Source: Haliotis cracherodii
Lineage: Eukaryota
Direction: 5' to 3'
Length of the DNA: 64,000 bases
NCBI RefSeq assembly: GCF_022045235.1
Contig: NW_027266319.1
Coordinates: 8,494,001 to 8,558,000 of the forward strand
Part shown: one piece after another, positions 12,609-25,792 of the stretch
Numbering within the stretch: position 1 is the stretch's first letter
How the letters are laid out: the number at the start of each line of letters is the position of its first letter
Made by a program: the position numbers and the translations under genes
The notes under the pieces: generated by a model
What the model saw: the letters and a program-made list of their open reading frames with translations, nothing else
What the model was told of the DNA's origin: nothing
The model's database searches: none

Positions 12609-14098
12609 GTGAGTCGGCAACGCCACACAACGACGCTACGTCAACATTAAGTTTCTCAGATTGTTGATCTTTCTCATAAGCCATATGGCCTTGTTTCAGA
12701 AAATACCTTGTGGACGAGTTTATTGGTTTATTCATAGGATACCATGTTGTATAATGAAACACACATCCACATCCATATCTTCTAATACGGTGATAAATAT
12801 ATTACCTAAATATCACCTTAGACATTTCTTAAAAATGTGCCGCTTTTTTTATTTCAATTGGTTTATGTATAAATAGTTCTTAATCAAAATGTTGTGAAAA
12901 TGAAACTTTGATAACCAAACTACGTTGTAAAATGTTTCCGAAATAGATTTCAGTATTTTAAAACTATTACCTCATTCTAACTGTATCATGAACTGATTAA
13001 TGAATAATGAATTTATATCAATGTTCATAGTCAGGTGTAGTCCTGTCGCAGGTAAACTATTATCCCTTGGACGTCTTTATATACATTAGTTAGCACTGAA
13101 TAAATAATAGTACAGTCGGATATTTACAAGAAATACAACACAACGTTATAAAGTATATTTTCACAGCATGGAGATCATAATTAATTAAAATGCTAGTATT
13201 ATTGTTTGGTAGAAGAATGAAATAGAAATTTCTTCAAAATGTTATTGAAATTATGACTTATATATAAGAAGAAATATATTTAAATTATATTCAAACTTGA
13301 CGATGTATGAATCCGCTTCAGCACACATACTTCATGTACCGTATTGCCGACGTATTGAGAAACAGTTTTGTCATAACTGTGTCAACATTCTGGAGAGAAC
13401 GCTATTATTTCCTTAGTATGTAGTGGAATAAACTTTCTTTCATGTTTTATTACCGCCTCAAATAAAGCACTTATTTTATGGCCATATTTATATTCATTTT
13501 TAATCGTCTTTGTCCTGTGTGTATAGAGTATCAGTTGGGATTGTACAGGTATTTGGGCGATGGTAATACAACATTGCACTTGTGGAACCTACACTCAATA
13601 CTGTATGCCTCTAGTGAGTAAAAGGTGTTTTAATTAAAAAATCGACATAGGGTAATATGGTTTCTTTGGCTGTCAAACCAATTTCCTTTTACCCTGATCT
13701 GAACATCAGAGTATTACAAATTGTATAAACTCACGGGCAAAAGAGAGTGTACATCCATGTCTGAAGTGGCCAAAAAGAAACAAACATGAAGTGGTTTTTG
13801 ATGGTGATACTTTTAATCGGGGTATCATGGTTGTGTTTTAGACCTTTGGTTTGCTGTGTTTCGGTGACTGGTTTCAGCCTTGTAACAATCTCATAACATT
13901 GGTCATTTTTTGTCAACTTTGTAAATATTATCATAAATACCTGCATGTTAACATGTCTGATGTATGCGAAACAAACGTGTGTATCGTACGTACAATATAT
14001 GTAGGTGTATGACACTGACAATTTTTAATCTTTCTCATACATATGCCATTCACGGTCTGAAAGTTATCAAGTCAACGACCGCGTATACTTATACAAAT

Positions 14099-14310
14099 GG
14101 GGGCGGTCGGGTAGCCTAGTGGTTAAAGCGTTCGTTCGCTCGTCACGCCGAAGACCCGGGTTCGATTCCCGACATGGGTACAATGTGTGAAGCCCATTCT
14201 GGTGTCCCCCGCCGTGATATTGCTGGAATATTGCTAAAAGCGGCGTAAAACCATACTGACTCACTCACTCACTCACTCACTCACTCACTCACTCACTCAC
14301 TCACTCACTC
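14099..14310 (+). mobile_element. Full-length tRNA-Asp SINE (family D) with TSD ATACAAAT
   Basis: A box TAGCCTAGTGG, GTC anticodon-like loop, B box GGTTCGATTCC, (CACT)n tail; ATACAAAT at 14091 and 14311. Confidence 0.92.
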
Positions 14311-17300
14311 ATACAAATGGTATACAAGTTGAAGTCAAATTGCAGATAACTGTTTTGTCGTTCTAATTCACGTTGTTGTTGAGTTAGAGGTTCATGGGAA
14401 TAGCTGAAGCGAACAGCGGCAATATTGCTGATGTGGCGTTAAGCACTGTTCATTAATTCACACGAATAGCGAAATCCCGTTTATTGATCTCAGATGCATA
14501 AACGCTGCCCTATTGTATCAGGATATATGCAAGGTAGTCTATCCCTTAATAGCTTTAACTATTACATGTAAGAGGTGTACAGATTAGTGGCTGAGTGCGT
14601 TTCTGAATCGTAAATATATTAGGAATACAAAATTGATTATGCGAGCATGCGAGCATAAAACATATATAATATTCCTAAAATATAATTTAGTTACGAAAAC
14701 ACAATAGGGCAATAATATCTTTATCATAAAATGTCATTCGTTAAATAATGCATGTTTGAACCAATGAAGAGTCTTTAGAAACCACGTTCAAATACGGAGG
14801 GGGAAAGGGGGGGGGGGGGGGGGTAGCCATGTGATCAACTTGTTATGTAATATAAAGGCATTAGGCTCATTCAAGATGAACTGAAACATTAAAACGCTCC
14901 TTTGATTATTCTTCGAACAGTGACTATATGAATATTATGGTTTTACATTATTTGAGCAATATTCCAGCAATGTCTCGGCGGGGAGACACCAGAAATCTGA
15001 AAACTAACCACGTGGGGAATCGAGCCCGGGCCTTCGGTGTGACGAGTCCAACATTTATCTACTAGACTACCCAACCGCCCCTTTTGTGTATAACGTCTCA
15101 ACGTGGATTTCACACACATTTGTACCAAATCCTAAACGTTATTTATTTGTCTTCTCTTGCATACAATTTTCAGATACAATTCAATGTAGTTCAATATGAA
15201 TCAATGGAATATGAATCTGTACATGCACACATCAAAAACCGAGTGTGCTTGTACAATTTCTTGCAACCTATTGCCGGTATAAACAAAACTACATCTCGCC
15301 TTTCAAACTGCATATAATTGCAAGTTATTGCAAAAAATCAATCAGTGATCGATGTTTCTATATTAATCGGTTTGGTGTTTGGCAAATATCTTTATCAGAT
15401 TGTAATAAATCTACAAGTCCTGTGACGTGGGTTATCAGATTGTGGCAATGACTTTCAGTAATAACGCTAAGGTGAAACTAAAAAGATTTTATCAACTGTT
15501 CCCACCGAGAATAGCAATCAAGATAGGTTGGGTATTAACTTTATCAGAATCCTGTTCACAGTACGCGCAATGTGTTTACAACGAGCGTTCGGAGACTGAC
15601 AGCCCGGATTAAAGACTTAGCTCAAATCCATCGTCAGACGTATTATAATCTCGCCGGATTAAGTCGATAATTCACCGACCTTGCAACAAACGAATACAGA
15701 ATTATAAGACTACTTAGGTACCATTTGTTGATGTGATATTTTACATAGAAACCAGTACTGTTAATCTGTGTATCATTGGACATCCCATAAGAGCAATAGC
15801 AATTCGACTTTTTCAAAAGCGAAACCAATGTCTGCCCTTCCAACATTCTTTACTAAAAGTCTTCATATATTTTTTCACATTTCGTTGACATACAACCGTT
15901 GTAGTTGCTATGTTCGGAATTATGCTAACGATATAATTATTTTTGGAAAACTGAGAAACAATTTGTTCCGAGAATACTAAGAATCTAATTTGCGTCAAAA
16001 TTGCAATATTGTTTACTGGAGAGTCTAGATGCGCTGATAATATGTGTAGTTGAATCACTTTTAAGAGTTAAAAATCCTTCAAACAGTAACCGATATATAT
16101 TCTGTGTGTATCAAAATCCTAGATCCTCGGTCCTGCCAAGATTAGTGCGTGAGTATAGTTTTATGCCGCTTTTAGACATATTCCAACTATATCACATCGG
16201 GAGACACCAGAAAAAGTCTTCAGATATTGTACCATACGTAGTGGGGAATCGAACCCGGGCCTTCGTTAATAGCTTTAACCACTGGGCTACACTATACACT
16301 GTGTCGTATTGGGTGATGTTTGACATTTCGTTTCTATCTGTCTGTATTGAATTTAACGCGTAAGAGACAAACATTTATTAAATACCTGTGCATTGACGTC
16401 TAAAGTATCATTTAAACAATGTTCACTTTACATAAATTCAACTCAACTTCATGTGTCAAAATTATTATTCTGCGGGAGTGCGTTGAATTTAACATTTAAT
16501 AGTAATACATTTTTAAAACACCCCTTCACTGACGCTTAAAATAACATAAGGACAACATCATTTCAACCCCACAACGAAATGATTTATTTATGCAGGCGTT
16601 TGTTGACTTTAACATGCCGGAGACATGTTTATAAAATATCTTTGCACTGTTTTAAAAATCACACTTTCAAAATGTACATTTTACAATAAATTCAACCTCA
16701 CTTCACGTAACAAAACCATGATTAAAACATTCCTCCAGTCGGCAATGTTTGTGTTAGTTTCCGAGATTAGCTACCAAGCGGGTAAAAAGCGGTGTTTGAC
16801 ACATGCACCTTGTAGGACTCCAGCCAACACGGAGAACAGTTGCAACAAGGAGAACTCTGCCAAGTCTGCATAAACAAATTACCGGACTGAAATACTCAGA
16901 CCCTTGTGTCTGATACTAGGATACAGGGGAGTAGTATATTATCTGCTCCTTCAGGTAGTGTAAGGGCAACCTCACGACAAACACAACCTTTGAACATGAA
17001 CAGATCGTGTACATATATTACCATCACTGTTGGTAGTGTTGTGTAGGTTTTATATAGAGTTCGTGATCTCAGATATTTTCATTGTTAGGAGGTACTTGGG
17101 CAGTCTATCGATCTTGACTCGATAAGTATGCACTGTAGATTTATAGTCTTTTATTATTCATGACTTTTTCTTTTATTGCTTTTAAGCTTTTGATTATTGA
17201 TTTCATTGTATGTTTGGTTGTTGTTTTACGCCGCACACACTAAATCAAGTTGTATGAGGGCGGCCTGAAAACTAATTGAATCTGAACCACACAATCCAGT

Positions 17301-19078
17301 GGCTGATATCATGAGCACCCGTCGGGGTGCGGTGACGCTCAATCAAACAAGCCGCCTAGTTTGACCACCGACCAGCATAGGTTGCTGGGAACTATTTCAA
17401 TCCTGAAGCCTTGTTATTGACATGGGGATTTGGATCACAAATAAATGTTAAACCTACATTATACGTCAGTGGTCATTTGTATTCATGCATGTAGATATGC
17501 AAAACATGCGTAAGGAATTCGTGTCACTCAACAGTACTTGTGTATTTTCTTTCATCATTCAACTAAGGTTATAACAGAAGTGTTGACAGAGACCCTCGTC
17601 TTTACGTGTTTATTCAACTCCTAAGAGATATCAATGGTTTGAATAAATACTTGGCTAGACAGTTTTTCACTTGTCATAAAAGTGCGAATGGTTTAATTCA
17701 TCCCCAAACAAGCTCTGCACACGGCTCATTGATGGACAGATGACGTATGCGACCACGTGACACAACAGGAGCGCAGAGAATCACTTTTTCAAGTCCACGT
17801 TCCTGTTGCAGTGGTGCTGTTCACGTGTGCAGGTCTTCTGTTGTCAATGATCAGTCAATCAGTCAATCATCAGTTTTTTTCCAGTGGAGTTTGTGGTGTT
17901 AACGAACATAGGATCAGTCAGCATCCTGTACAATTTGTACAATCCGTGTTTCATTCGAAGCCCGGTCTCGTTGACCTAAACTGAAAGGCAAGCAAAACTG
18001 AGATCACAGTGACATGAGTAAGCCAAATAAGTTTTTAATTTCAGTTAAGATAAAGGTTTTCTCAAAACTTAAATTCTGCCGAAGAAAGTAAACACAATCG
18101 TGATCACGGTGACAAGAGTTCGACAAATCTGTTTTTAATTTCAGTGAAGATAAAGGTGCCTCAAAATTTAAATTTTGCCGATGAAATCAAACAGTCGTCA
18201 TCACGTTGACATGAGTTTGTGGAGGCACAAAAATAAGCAAACTATCTTTTTCTATGAAATTCACAGTTTACTGGTGTTTAATTGGGTTAAAGATCGACCC
18301 GATAAGCAAAAATATCTTTTAAAGATAAAGTTTACTCAAGACTTACATTCTTCCGAGGAAAGTTTGTGTTTTTTTACACACGAAAAGGTGACTTTTAGTT
18401 TGACACTCATACACGCAAAGATGACATGAAACTGCCCTGGTCTTCAATGACATGCGTGTTTGTTTATTGTTTAACGCTGATCTCAGCAATATTCCGCAAT
18501 ATGACGGCGGCCTGTAAGTAATCGTGTGACTGACATCATGAGCATCAATCAACCCAATTGAGATGCATCAACCACGTCAGCGGCCTGACACCCGATCCCG
18601 TTAGTCGCCTCTTACGACAAACATATAGTCGCCTCTTACGGCAAGAATGGGACAGTGAGAAGTAACGTGTTGCATACAGGCTTTGATGATTGATCTCAAG
18701 TTATTAAAACCATATGGTATTCATTGTACGTATTTTGTCATTTTGATACTGCAGAATAAGTATTTTCAAATATCAGTGACGGTGATCCAATGTATGCACG
18801 TGTCAATCTATTATTGCAGATGCATGAATTTCTAAAGTCCTATCCCCCCTCCCGAGTACCTGTATCCCAGAGTAATAGAAGGGTAACGCTATTTTTCAGG
18901 GCATTATCATTTGCAGAAGCCCGAGATCTTCCATTAACTGACCGACGAAGGAGGGCAGTTGAAAAGGCCGATATACATTTAAGTGACAAATGTCTCAATG
19001 GTACAATGCACAGATGACTTCCTTCTGGGTATGACGCTACACCAATAGTCCAGGTTACAGGTCGCTTTGAGTTCATCA

Positions 19079-19415
19079 GGGGCGGTCGGGTAGCCTAGTG
19101 TTTAAAGCGTTCGCTCGTCACGCCGAAGACGCGGGTTCGATTCCCGACATGGGTACAATGTGTGAAGCCCATTTCTGGTGTCCCCCGCCGTGGTATTGCT
19201 TGAATATTGCTAAAAGCGGCGTAAAACCATACTCACTCACTCACTCACTCTTTAAATTCATCAGGGGCGGTCGGGTAGCCTAGTGATTAAAGCGTTCGCT
19301 CGTCACGCCGAAGACCCGGGTTTGATGTACAACATGGGTACAATGTGTGAAGCCCATTTCTGGTGTCCCCACCCGTGATATTGCTGGAATATTGCTAAAA
19401 GCGCCGAAAAATACT
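19079..19415 (+). mobile_element. Head-to-tail dimer of family D SINE
   Basis: Two copies starting at 19079 and 19264, separated and flanked by CTTTRARTTYATCA. Confidence 0.9.
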
Positions 19416-20760
19416 CTTTGAATTTATCACTCTCCTTCCTTAAACTACGACCATTCGATGCCAATTCAGACGCCTTTCATAAACACATGAGCAAATGGAA
19501 TTGGCCAGTCTCTTTTGTCCTCTGCGACAAAAGCCACCAGAATATGTGACCCACATGGAGAAAATGGACTTTATGGCTGCCAGGATACAAATGTGTTGTG
19601 ACGTCATACGACTCATGACGTCAACTTACTTCAGTGAAGATCGCTGTGTGCGGACTGTACAAAAATATCTTATTTTTGTCTCGTTAGTTCGTAATGCAAT
19701 AAAAACATTATTTCAAAACCTTTTAGCATACATGTCTACTTTCAAGTGATCAGACATTATGTCTAAAGACTTCAATTATTTTATAAACAGTGATAAGTCG
19801 GAAAATGAGTCTAAATGTTGGATGTCATGTCTGTAATATATATAAATATGAATTGAAGCTTGAGAATTGTATTTTGTAGTTCCGAAGATACAGTAGTCTT
19901 AAAATATAATGAAAAGTCAAAATGTGATTTTTCCAAGCTCATTAAAATCAGATCTGAGTTCGATTGTGATTTTTCATTCATAAGGTCCCTTATCGCATGT
20001 TTGGTCACATATAATAGCAGTGCATGATTAAATAAGTAAACAGAACATTATTTCAAGGAGTCGTTAATTGTTAAAACTCCGTAACAAAATGTTATGCAAT
20101 GCTGTGTATTCTGCATATCGCGTGCTACAGGCATTTACCTCAATCAGCCAATCAGCATTCCTGTAGAAGCGGTTATACTGTGATTAACACAGGTAATAAC
20201 AAGATAGCACTGTCCACACGCTTGTTATCGGTGGATACGATATGCAACACACACGAACGCTGTAAACGTCCAACACTGTCAAATGTTCTTGAGATATACC
20301 ACGTGGACAATGCCGGTCTTGTATTCAAAAACCCAATCATGGCATGGTCACCATTATTTACACTTAAGCAGCATTCGAGACCTACTTTTAATTATATGTT
20401 TGTTTGTTTGTTTGTATGTTGTTTAACGCAATATTCCATCTATATGACGGCAGTCTGTAAATAATCAAGCATGGACCAGACAATCCAGTGATTGACATCA
20501 TGAGCATCGATCAACGTAACTGGGATACGATGACATGTATCAACCAAGTCAGCGAGCTTGACCACCTGATCCCGTTAGTCGCCTCCTACGACAAGCTTAG
20601 TCGCCTTTTACGGCAAGCATGGGTTGCTGAAGACCTATTCTACTCCAGATCTTCACGGATCTTAATTATTATATAATTATGGTAAATCGTTTTCTGCATA
20701 GTCTGTTCCGGCAATGATCAATATATAGTATTGTAACTCTTTTTGTCACTTCATGATTCG

Positions 20761-21032
20761 GGGGCACGGGTGGCCAAGTCGTCAAAGGCGCCGCGATTTG
20801 CTTTGCAGAGTTGCGTCCCTTGGGCACGCCAGAAACCTATGATTGCGAATCTCGGTTCGCCCCGATTATGTTTCCAGGTTTGTCAGCATCATACCCGTGC
20901 CGGTAAACGTCTGAGACCTGCATCACTCCGGGCGTTCATCACATATTAAGTTGACACGCCGCGATATAACTGGAATACTAATAAAAGCAGCATTAAACGC
21001 GACTCACTCACTCACTCACTCACTCACTCACT
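20761..21032 (+). mobile_element. SINE family L (tRNA-Leu/Ser-like head with long A-to-B box spacing)
   Basis: GGTGGCCAAGTCGTCAAAGGCGCC head, GCAGAGTTGCGTCCCTTGGG core, shared tail plus (CACT)n. Other copies at 7530-7732 (-), 23900-23980 (-), 34830-35015 (+), 40620-41480 (+, split) and 52110-52260 (-). Confidence 0.8.
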
Positions 21033-24000
21033 CGGAAGAATCGTTATCGTAGTCCCCGCGATTACTAAACAGAACTAAACAACATGGTTGTTTAACGATT
21101 GCATTGTACTTGTTAATGTCTCTCAACTATGCCACAGTTATTTCAAAGTTACCATATAATCTTCACTGTGATCTTGCATCCTTTACATCGAAGTGGTCAA
21201 CAAACTGATTTACTGGTTTTGTTAAAACAAAAAACGATATTTTATTTTGAATTAGATCTGCTATGGAACGAGTGCAGATATTCTAAAGTAAAGATATTCT
21301 AAAGTAAAGAAATATGTTCGTTTTATTACACAGTTGTCCGTCCATTAAGCCAATTTGTATTGATCAGATTCTAACGTCTTGAGGAACACGGTCAGTATCG
21401 ACTCGTGGTCATTACCTTTGCTCGCTGGTGCATCTCTAATTACCTGCGCGCTGATTAAACCACACAGGTAGAGGTCAAATGAAAGGTGGTTCCATCTACC
21501 TGTACTGCATTATATATGTGCGTAAATTAAGAGGTCAACCCCATGGAGAAGTTAGTGAGTGAGTATGGTTTTAAGCCGCTTTTAGCAATATTTTAGCAAT
21601 ATCACGGGTTCACACATTGTACCCATGTGGGAAATCGAACCTGGGTCTTTGGCATGACGAACGCTTTAACCACTACTCCACCGCCACATGAAAAAAATAA
21701 CATGTCCGCGTACAAGAACATTTTAAAACATAATGACACTGGATCATTACAAGTCAGACAAATGAGTGAGTGAGTATGGTTTAGCACTATTCCAGCAATA
21801 TAATGGCGGGGAAACACCAATAATGGGCCTCACACATTGTACCCATGTCGTGTACCGGGTTTTCGGCGTGACGAGCGTGACGAGCGAACGTTTAACCACA
21901 AGGCTACCCGACCGCCCCCTCAGACAAATGATTTTCAGGGATCCTTTCATTTAACTTTCACTGCTGTTTCGCCAACCTTATGTGTGTTAATCTATGAAAC
22001 GGGATCTCTTTCTTTATGCATACGAGTGAGACTTTCTGCTCGGATCGGTAAAATCAAAACAAAGAAATTTGGCCAAGAAGCTTAACTTAAGCTCAGGTAG
22101 ATCGATGATCCGATATACAATATGTAGTGCCATAATGGTCAAATGGTTAATTCTCTTCCACTGATTTACCCGCCAAAACTACATATAAAAGAGACTCGTG
22201 AAACAGCCTCCTCTGTTTCATATTAAGATCTTTGCCAAATATCTCTCTTCCATCTTCTACAACTAACGTGACACCAGTGTATCTACCCATATTGTGTATG
22301 TTCCTATGTGTTATATGGTCATATCTATACACATATCGACCTTGGTGGATGTCGGTCATCTGGTTTATTCGTCACAACACGAAATTACAAAGGCAGGATG
22401 TCTGTTTATTGGCGGTGTGTGAGCTTGGCATTACAATGGGAGGAAATAAAGCTGGAAAAACATGTTTATTGACTGGTCACCGGGGGTCACTTAAAACGCT
22501 ATATTGAGTGTACCGGGTCATGTCCAAATCCATCGATGCAGTGGTCAGTCTGGTTCATGGTCGTCTTACAGTAAACCGCTACACAGGCTGAACACGGTCT
22601 GGACACAGGCTGGACACAGGCTGGACACAGGGTACACCTTGTCCTGATCCCTTGTGTCATTATTGGAACTGAAGTGAAACCCTATTAACTCGAACTCCCA
22701 AGGATAATCGATGCATGTCGAATTATTCATTGTTCGAGACAAGCGGAGTTCGTATATAAGACACTGTTCGAACTGATTCTGCCTGGATCATTGCGTCCCC
22801 TAGAGACCCCCATCGGAGGTCGAGGGGGCGGGGGAGGGGGGCTGTTGTTTGAGACGGGTTGTTCACATTTCAAGAGATATAATAACTTACTCTGAGAGAG
22901 GAGTCAGCAACTGTTTTGGACCAACATCACATTTTTTAGAACATCCAGCATCCAGTGTATTTTATGGCCTCGTTATTTTTCCCAGCATTTTCTGGAACAG
23001 ATTATCACTTGGTCAAATGGTCAAATGGTCAAATGATCGGCTCCTCTTTGTGTCTTGTTGTTTCTGTACACATGTCTCATGATCCATTTTGTCTCTGTGA
23101 CATGCGACTTGATTCCGGTTAGAGGAAAGTTTTGCTGACCGTCTACAGCGTATGGTTGACCCAGTCGTCTAAGGCGCCGAAATGTTCTATGGAGTCTCCT
23201 CCCACATCAAACTGACAAGATTCAGGAAAGCTGTCATCTACATTTTAGATCTCTAAACCCAGCCCCATGAGTATTCCGGAGCAGAATAGGACCCCAGTAC
23301 GGAGTATTGTTGTAAGAGCCGAATAAAGTGTTTCTTTATTGTTAAACGCCGCACTCAGCAATATTCCAACTATATGTCGATCTGTAAATAATCGAGTCTG
23401 GACCAGACAATCTAGTCATTGACATTGACGCAATGACATGTATCAACAAAGTCAGCGAGCCTGACCACCCGATCCCATTAGTCGCCTTTTACGACAAGCA
23501 TAGTTGCCTTTTACGGCAAGCATGGGTTGCTTTTGAAGGCTTATTCTACCCCGGAATCCTCACGGATCCCGAATAACGTCAGGTACGGGTGTCACAATGT
23601 GCACCGTGGCTACTTGAGTGCCACCGTACCTCGATGGTTGGAGCGCTGCTCAATTTTACAGCCATTGAAATGCCTGGCCCAGACTCGACTGTTCGGAACC
23701 GCTGTGATATAACTGGTAATACTGCCGACTACATTCACCCACTTTCGAAACACCGTTGCTATCCGTCTCTTTCGAGACAGTGGGAGTATTGTCAGTGAGT
23801 TGGATCTAACGCTTTGAACAGTTCTAGTTGTATCACGGTGTGTCAGCTGGTGGGACGAAAACACGATGTTTCAGACAAACTTAAATCATGATAAAACATA
23901 ATCATAATTCGAACCCACAATCACAGATTTATCGCGTGCCCAAGGGACACAACTCTACACAGCGAATTGCGGCGCCGACCCCGGGAGTATTGCCTAAAAT

Positions 24001-24188
24001 GTGGTAACCTCCACGGTCGTTTCAATATTAAACGAGTACACTTTATCATGGGACCGACACTCCTTCAAGAACGTCATCAATAATATGCACTAGCCAAGGT
24101 AAGCCCATGCAATACCTGGATCAATCCGTTACTTTATAACGCTCATATGAGCATTAGACTTCAATACACATTTTGGCAAACCGTTATT

Positions 24189-24440
24189 TATATAAAGTAG
24201 CGGAAGCCAGTGCCTTCAACACTGTGTCAAGCCCCACGTGTTCAGCGATGTCACTACCACAGACATTTGACAGGTTCCTGTGATCCCCGGATCAGAAGAA
24301 CATCCTCTGGTATGCAGATCTGGACTCTCGCCATGGTGGCGATGTCACGTCCAGCGCGGGGGACAGGGGAGTGGGGTCCCGGGGTCTGTGTTGTGGAGAC
24401 GTCTATCCACTAACACTTGAATGTGAAACTATCAACAAGC
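24189..24440 (+). other. Candidate alternative promoter plus first exon, or 123-nt cassette exon (24318-24440), of the host gene
   Basis: TATATAAAG at 24189; GC-rich segment ending at a strong donor AAGC|GTAAGT (24441), phase 1 and in frame with exon 31365. Confidence 0.4.
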
Positions 24441-24778
24441 GTAAGTTATGTTGTTACTGTCAATTCCGGATGTAACGAACTATTGAAACAATGTTCACTC
24501 GACCATCAACGCTGGATACCACTGATCAGGGGCTTGTCCACTTCGTTATAGCCGATATTTCGTTATACCCAATTCGGTTTATCCAAAGTTGAACTTTCGG
24601 CATGGGGACTCCTTGGCTGTCTGTTGAAGCTGACATTGGTAAACGTAATTGAGCATCTGAAACGAAATTGATCGATCGTTTTACACCCCGTCTGTCTACG
24701 AAGAGTTAATCAAGAAATTGACTTTTGAAATTAGTATCCAATCAGATTGTCACAATTCCTGTTAATCCTCATCCTTAC

Positions 24779-25792
24779 TGTACCTCTGGCTACACCACCT
24801 ATTTGCATTGTTACTCTTACATCTGGCTACACCACCTATTTGCATTGTTACTCTTACATCTGGCTACACCACCTATTTGCATTGTTACTCTTACATCTGG
24901 CTACACCACCTATTTGCATTGTTACTCTTACATCTGGCTTCACCACCTATTTGCATTGTTACTCTTACATCTGGCTTCACCACCTATTTGCATTGTTACT
25001 CTTACATCTGGCTTCACCACCCATTTGCATTGTTACTCTTACATCTGACTTCACAACCCATTTGCATTGTTACTCTTACATCTGGCTTCACCACCCATTT
25101 GCATTGTTACTCTTACATCTGGCTTCACCACCCATTTGCATTGTTACTCTTACATCTGGCTTCACCACCCATTTGCATTGTTACTCTTACATCTGGCTTC
25201 ACAACCTATTTGCATTGTGACTCTTACATCTGACTTCACCACCCATTTGCATTGTTACTCTTACATCTGGCTTCACAACCTATTTGCATTGTGACTCTTA
25301 CATCTGACTTCACCACCCATTTGCATTGTTACTCTTACATCTGGCTTCACCACCCATTTGCATTGTTACTCTTACATCTGACTTCACCATCCATTTGCAT
25401 TGTTACTCTTACATCTGACTTCACCATCCATTTGCATTGTTACTCTTACATCTGGCTTCACCACCCATTTGCATTGTTACTCTTACATCTGACTTCACCA
25501 CCCATTTGCATTGTTACTCTTACATCTGACTTCACCATCCATTTGCATTGTTACTCTTACATCTGACTTCACCATCCATTTGCATTGTTACTCTTACATC
25601 TGGCTTCACCACCCATTTGCATTGTTACTCTTACATCTGACTTCACCACCCATTTGCATTGTTACTCTTACATCTGGTTTCACCGACTATTTGCATTGTT
25701 ACTCTTACATCTGGCTTCACCGACTATTTGCATTGTTACTCTTACATCTGGCTTCACCGCCTATTTGCGTTGTTACTCTTACATCTGGCTTC
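24779..25792. repeat. 37-bp minisatellite (~27 copies)
   Basis: Unit CATCTGGCTWCACCACCYATTTGCATTGTTACTCTTA. Confidence 0.97.

Noticed and set aside
14099-14175. tRNA-Asp gene (and other tRNA-like heads)
   Set aside because: No complete acceptor stem; each continues into a SINE body and tail with TSDs.
18820-18882. Possible exon MHEFLKSYPPSRVPVSQSNRR
   Set aside because: Phase 0-0 does not fit between phase-1 exons; the phase-1 reading stops at once, and the donor is weak.
24281-24283. Selenocysteine codon
   Set aside because: No redox-type context, and the 3' UTR where a SECIS would lie is outside the window; cannot be supported.
24779-25792. 37-bp array (and the 35-bp array at 48813) as CRISPR
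   Set aside because: Units are contiguous with no unique spacers, there are no cas genes, and the context is eukaryotic.
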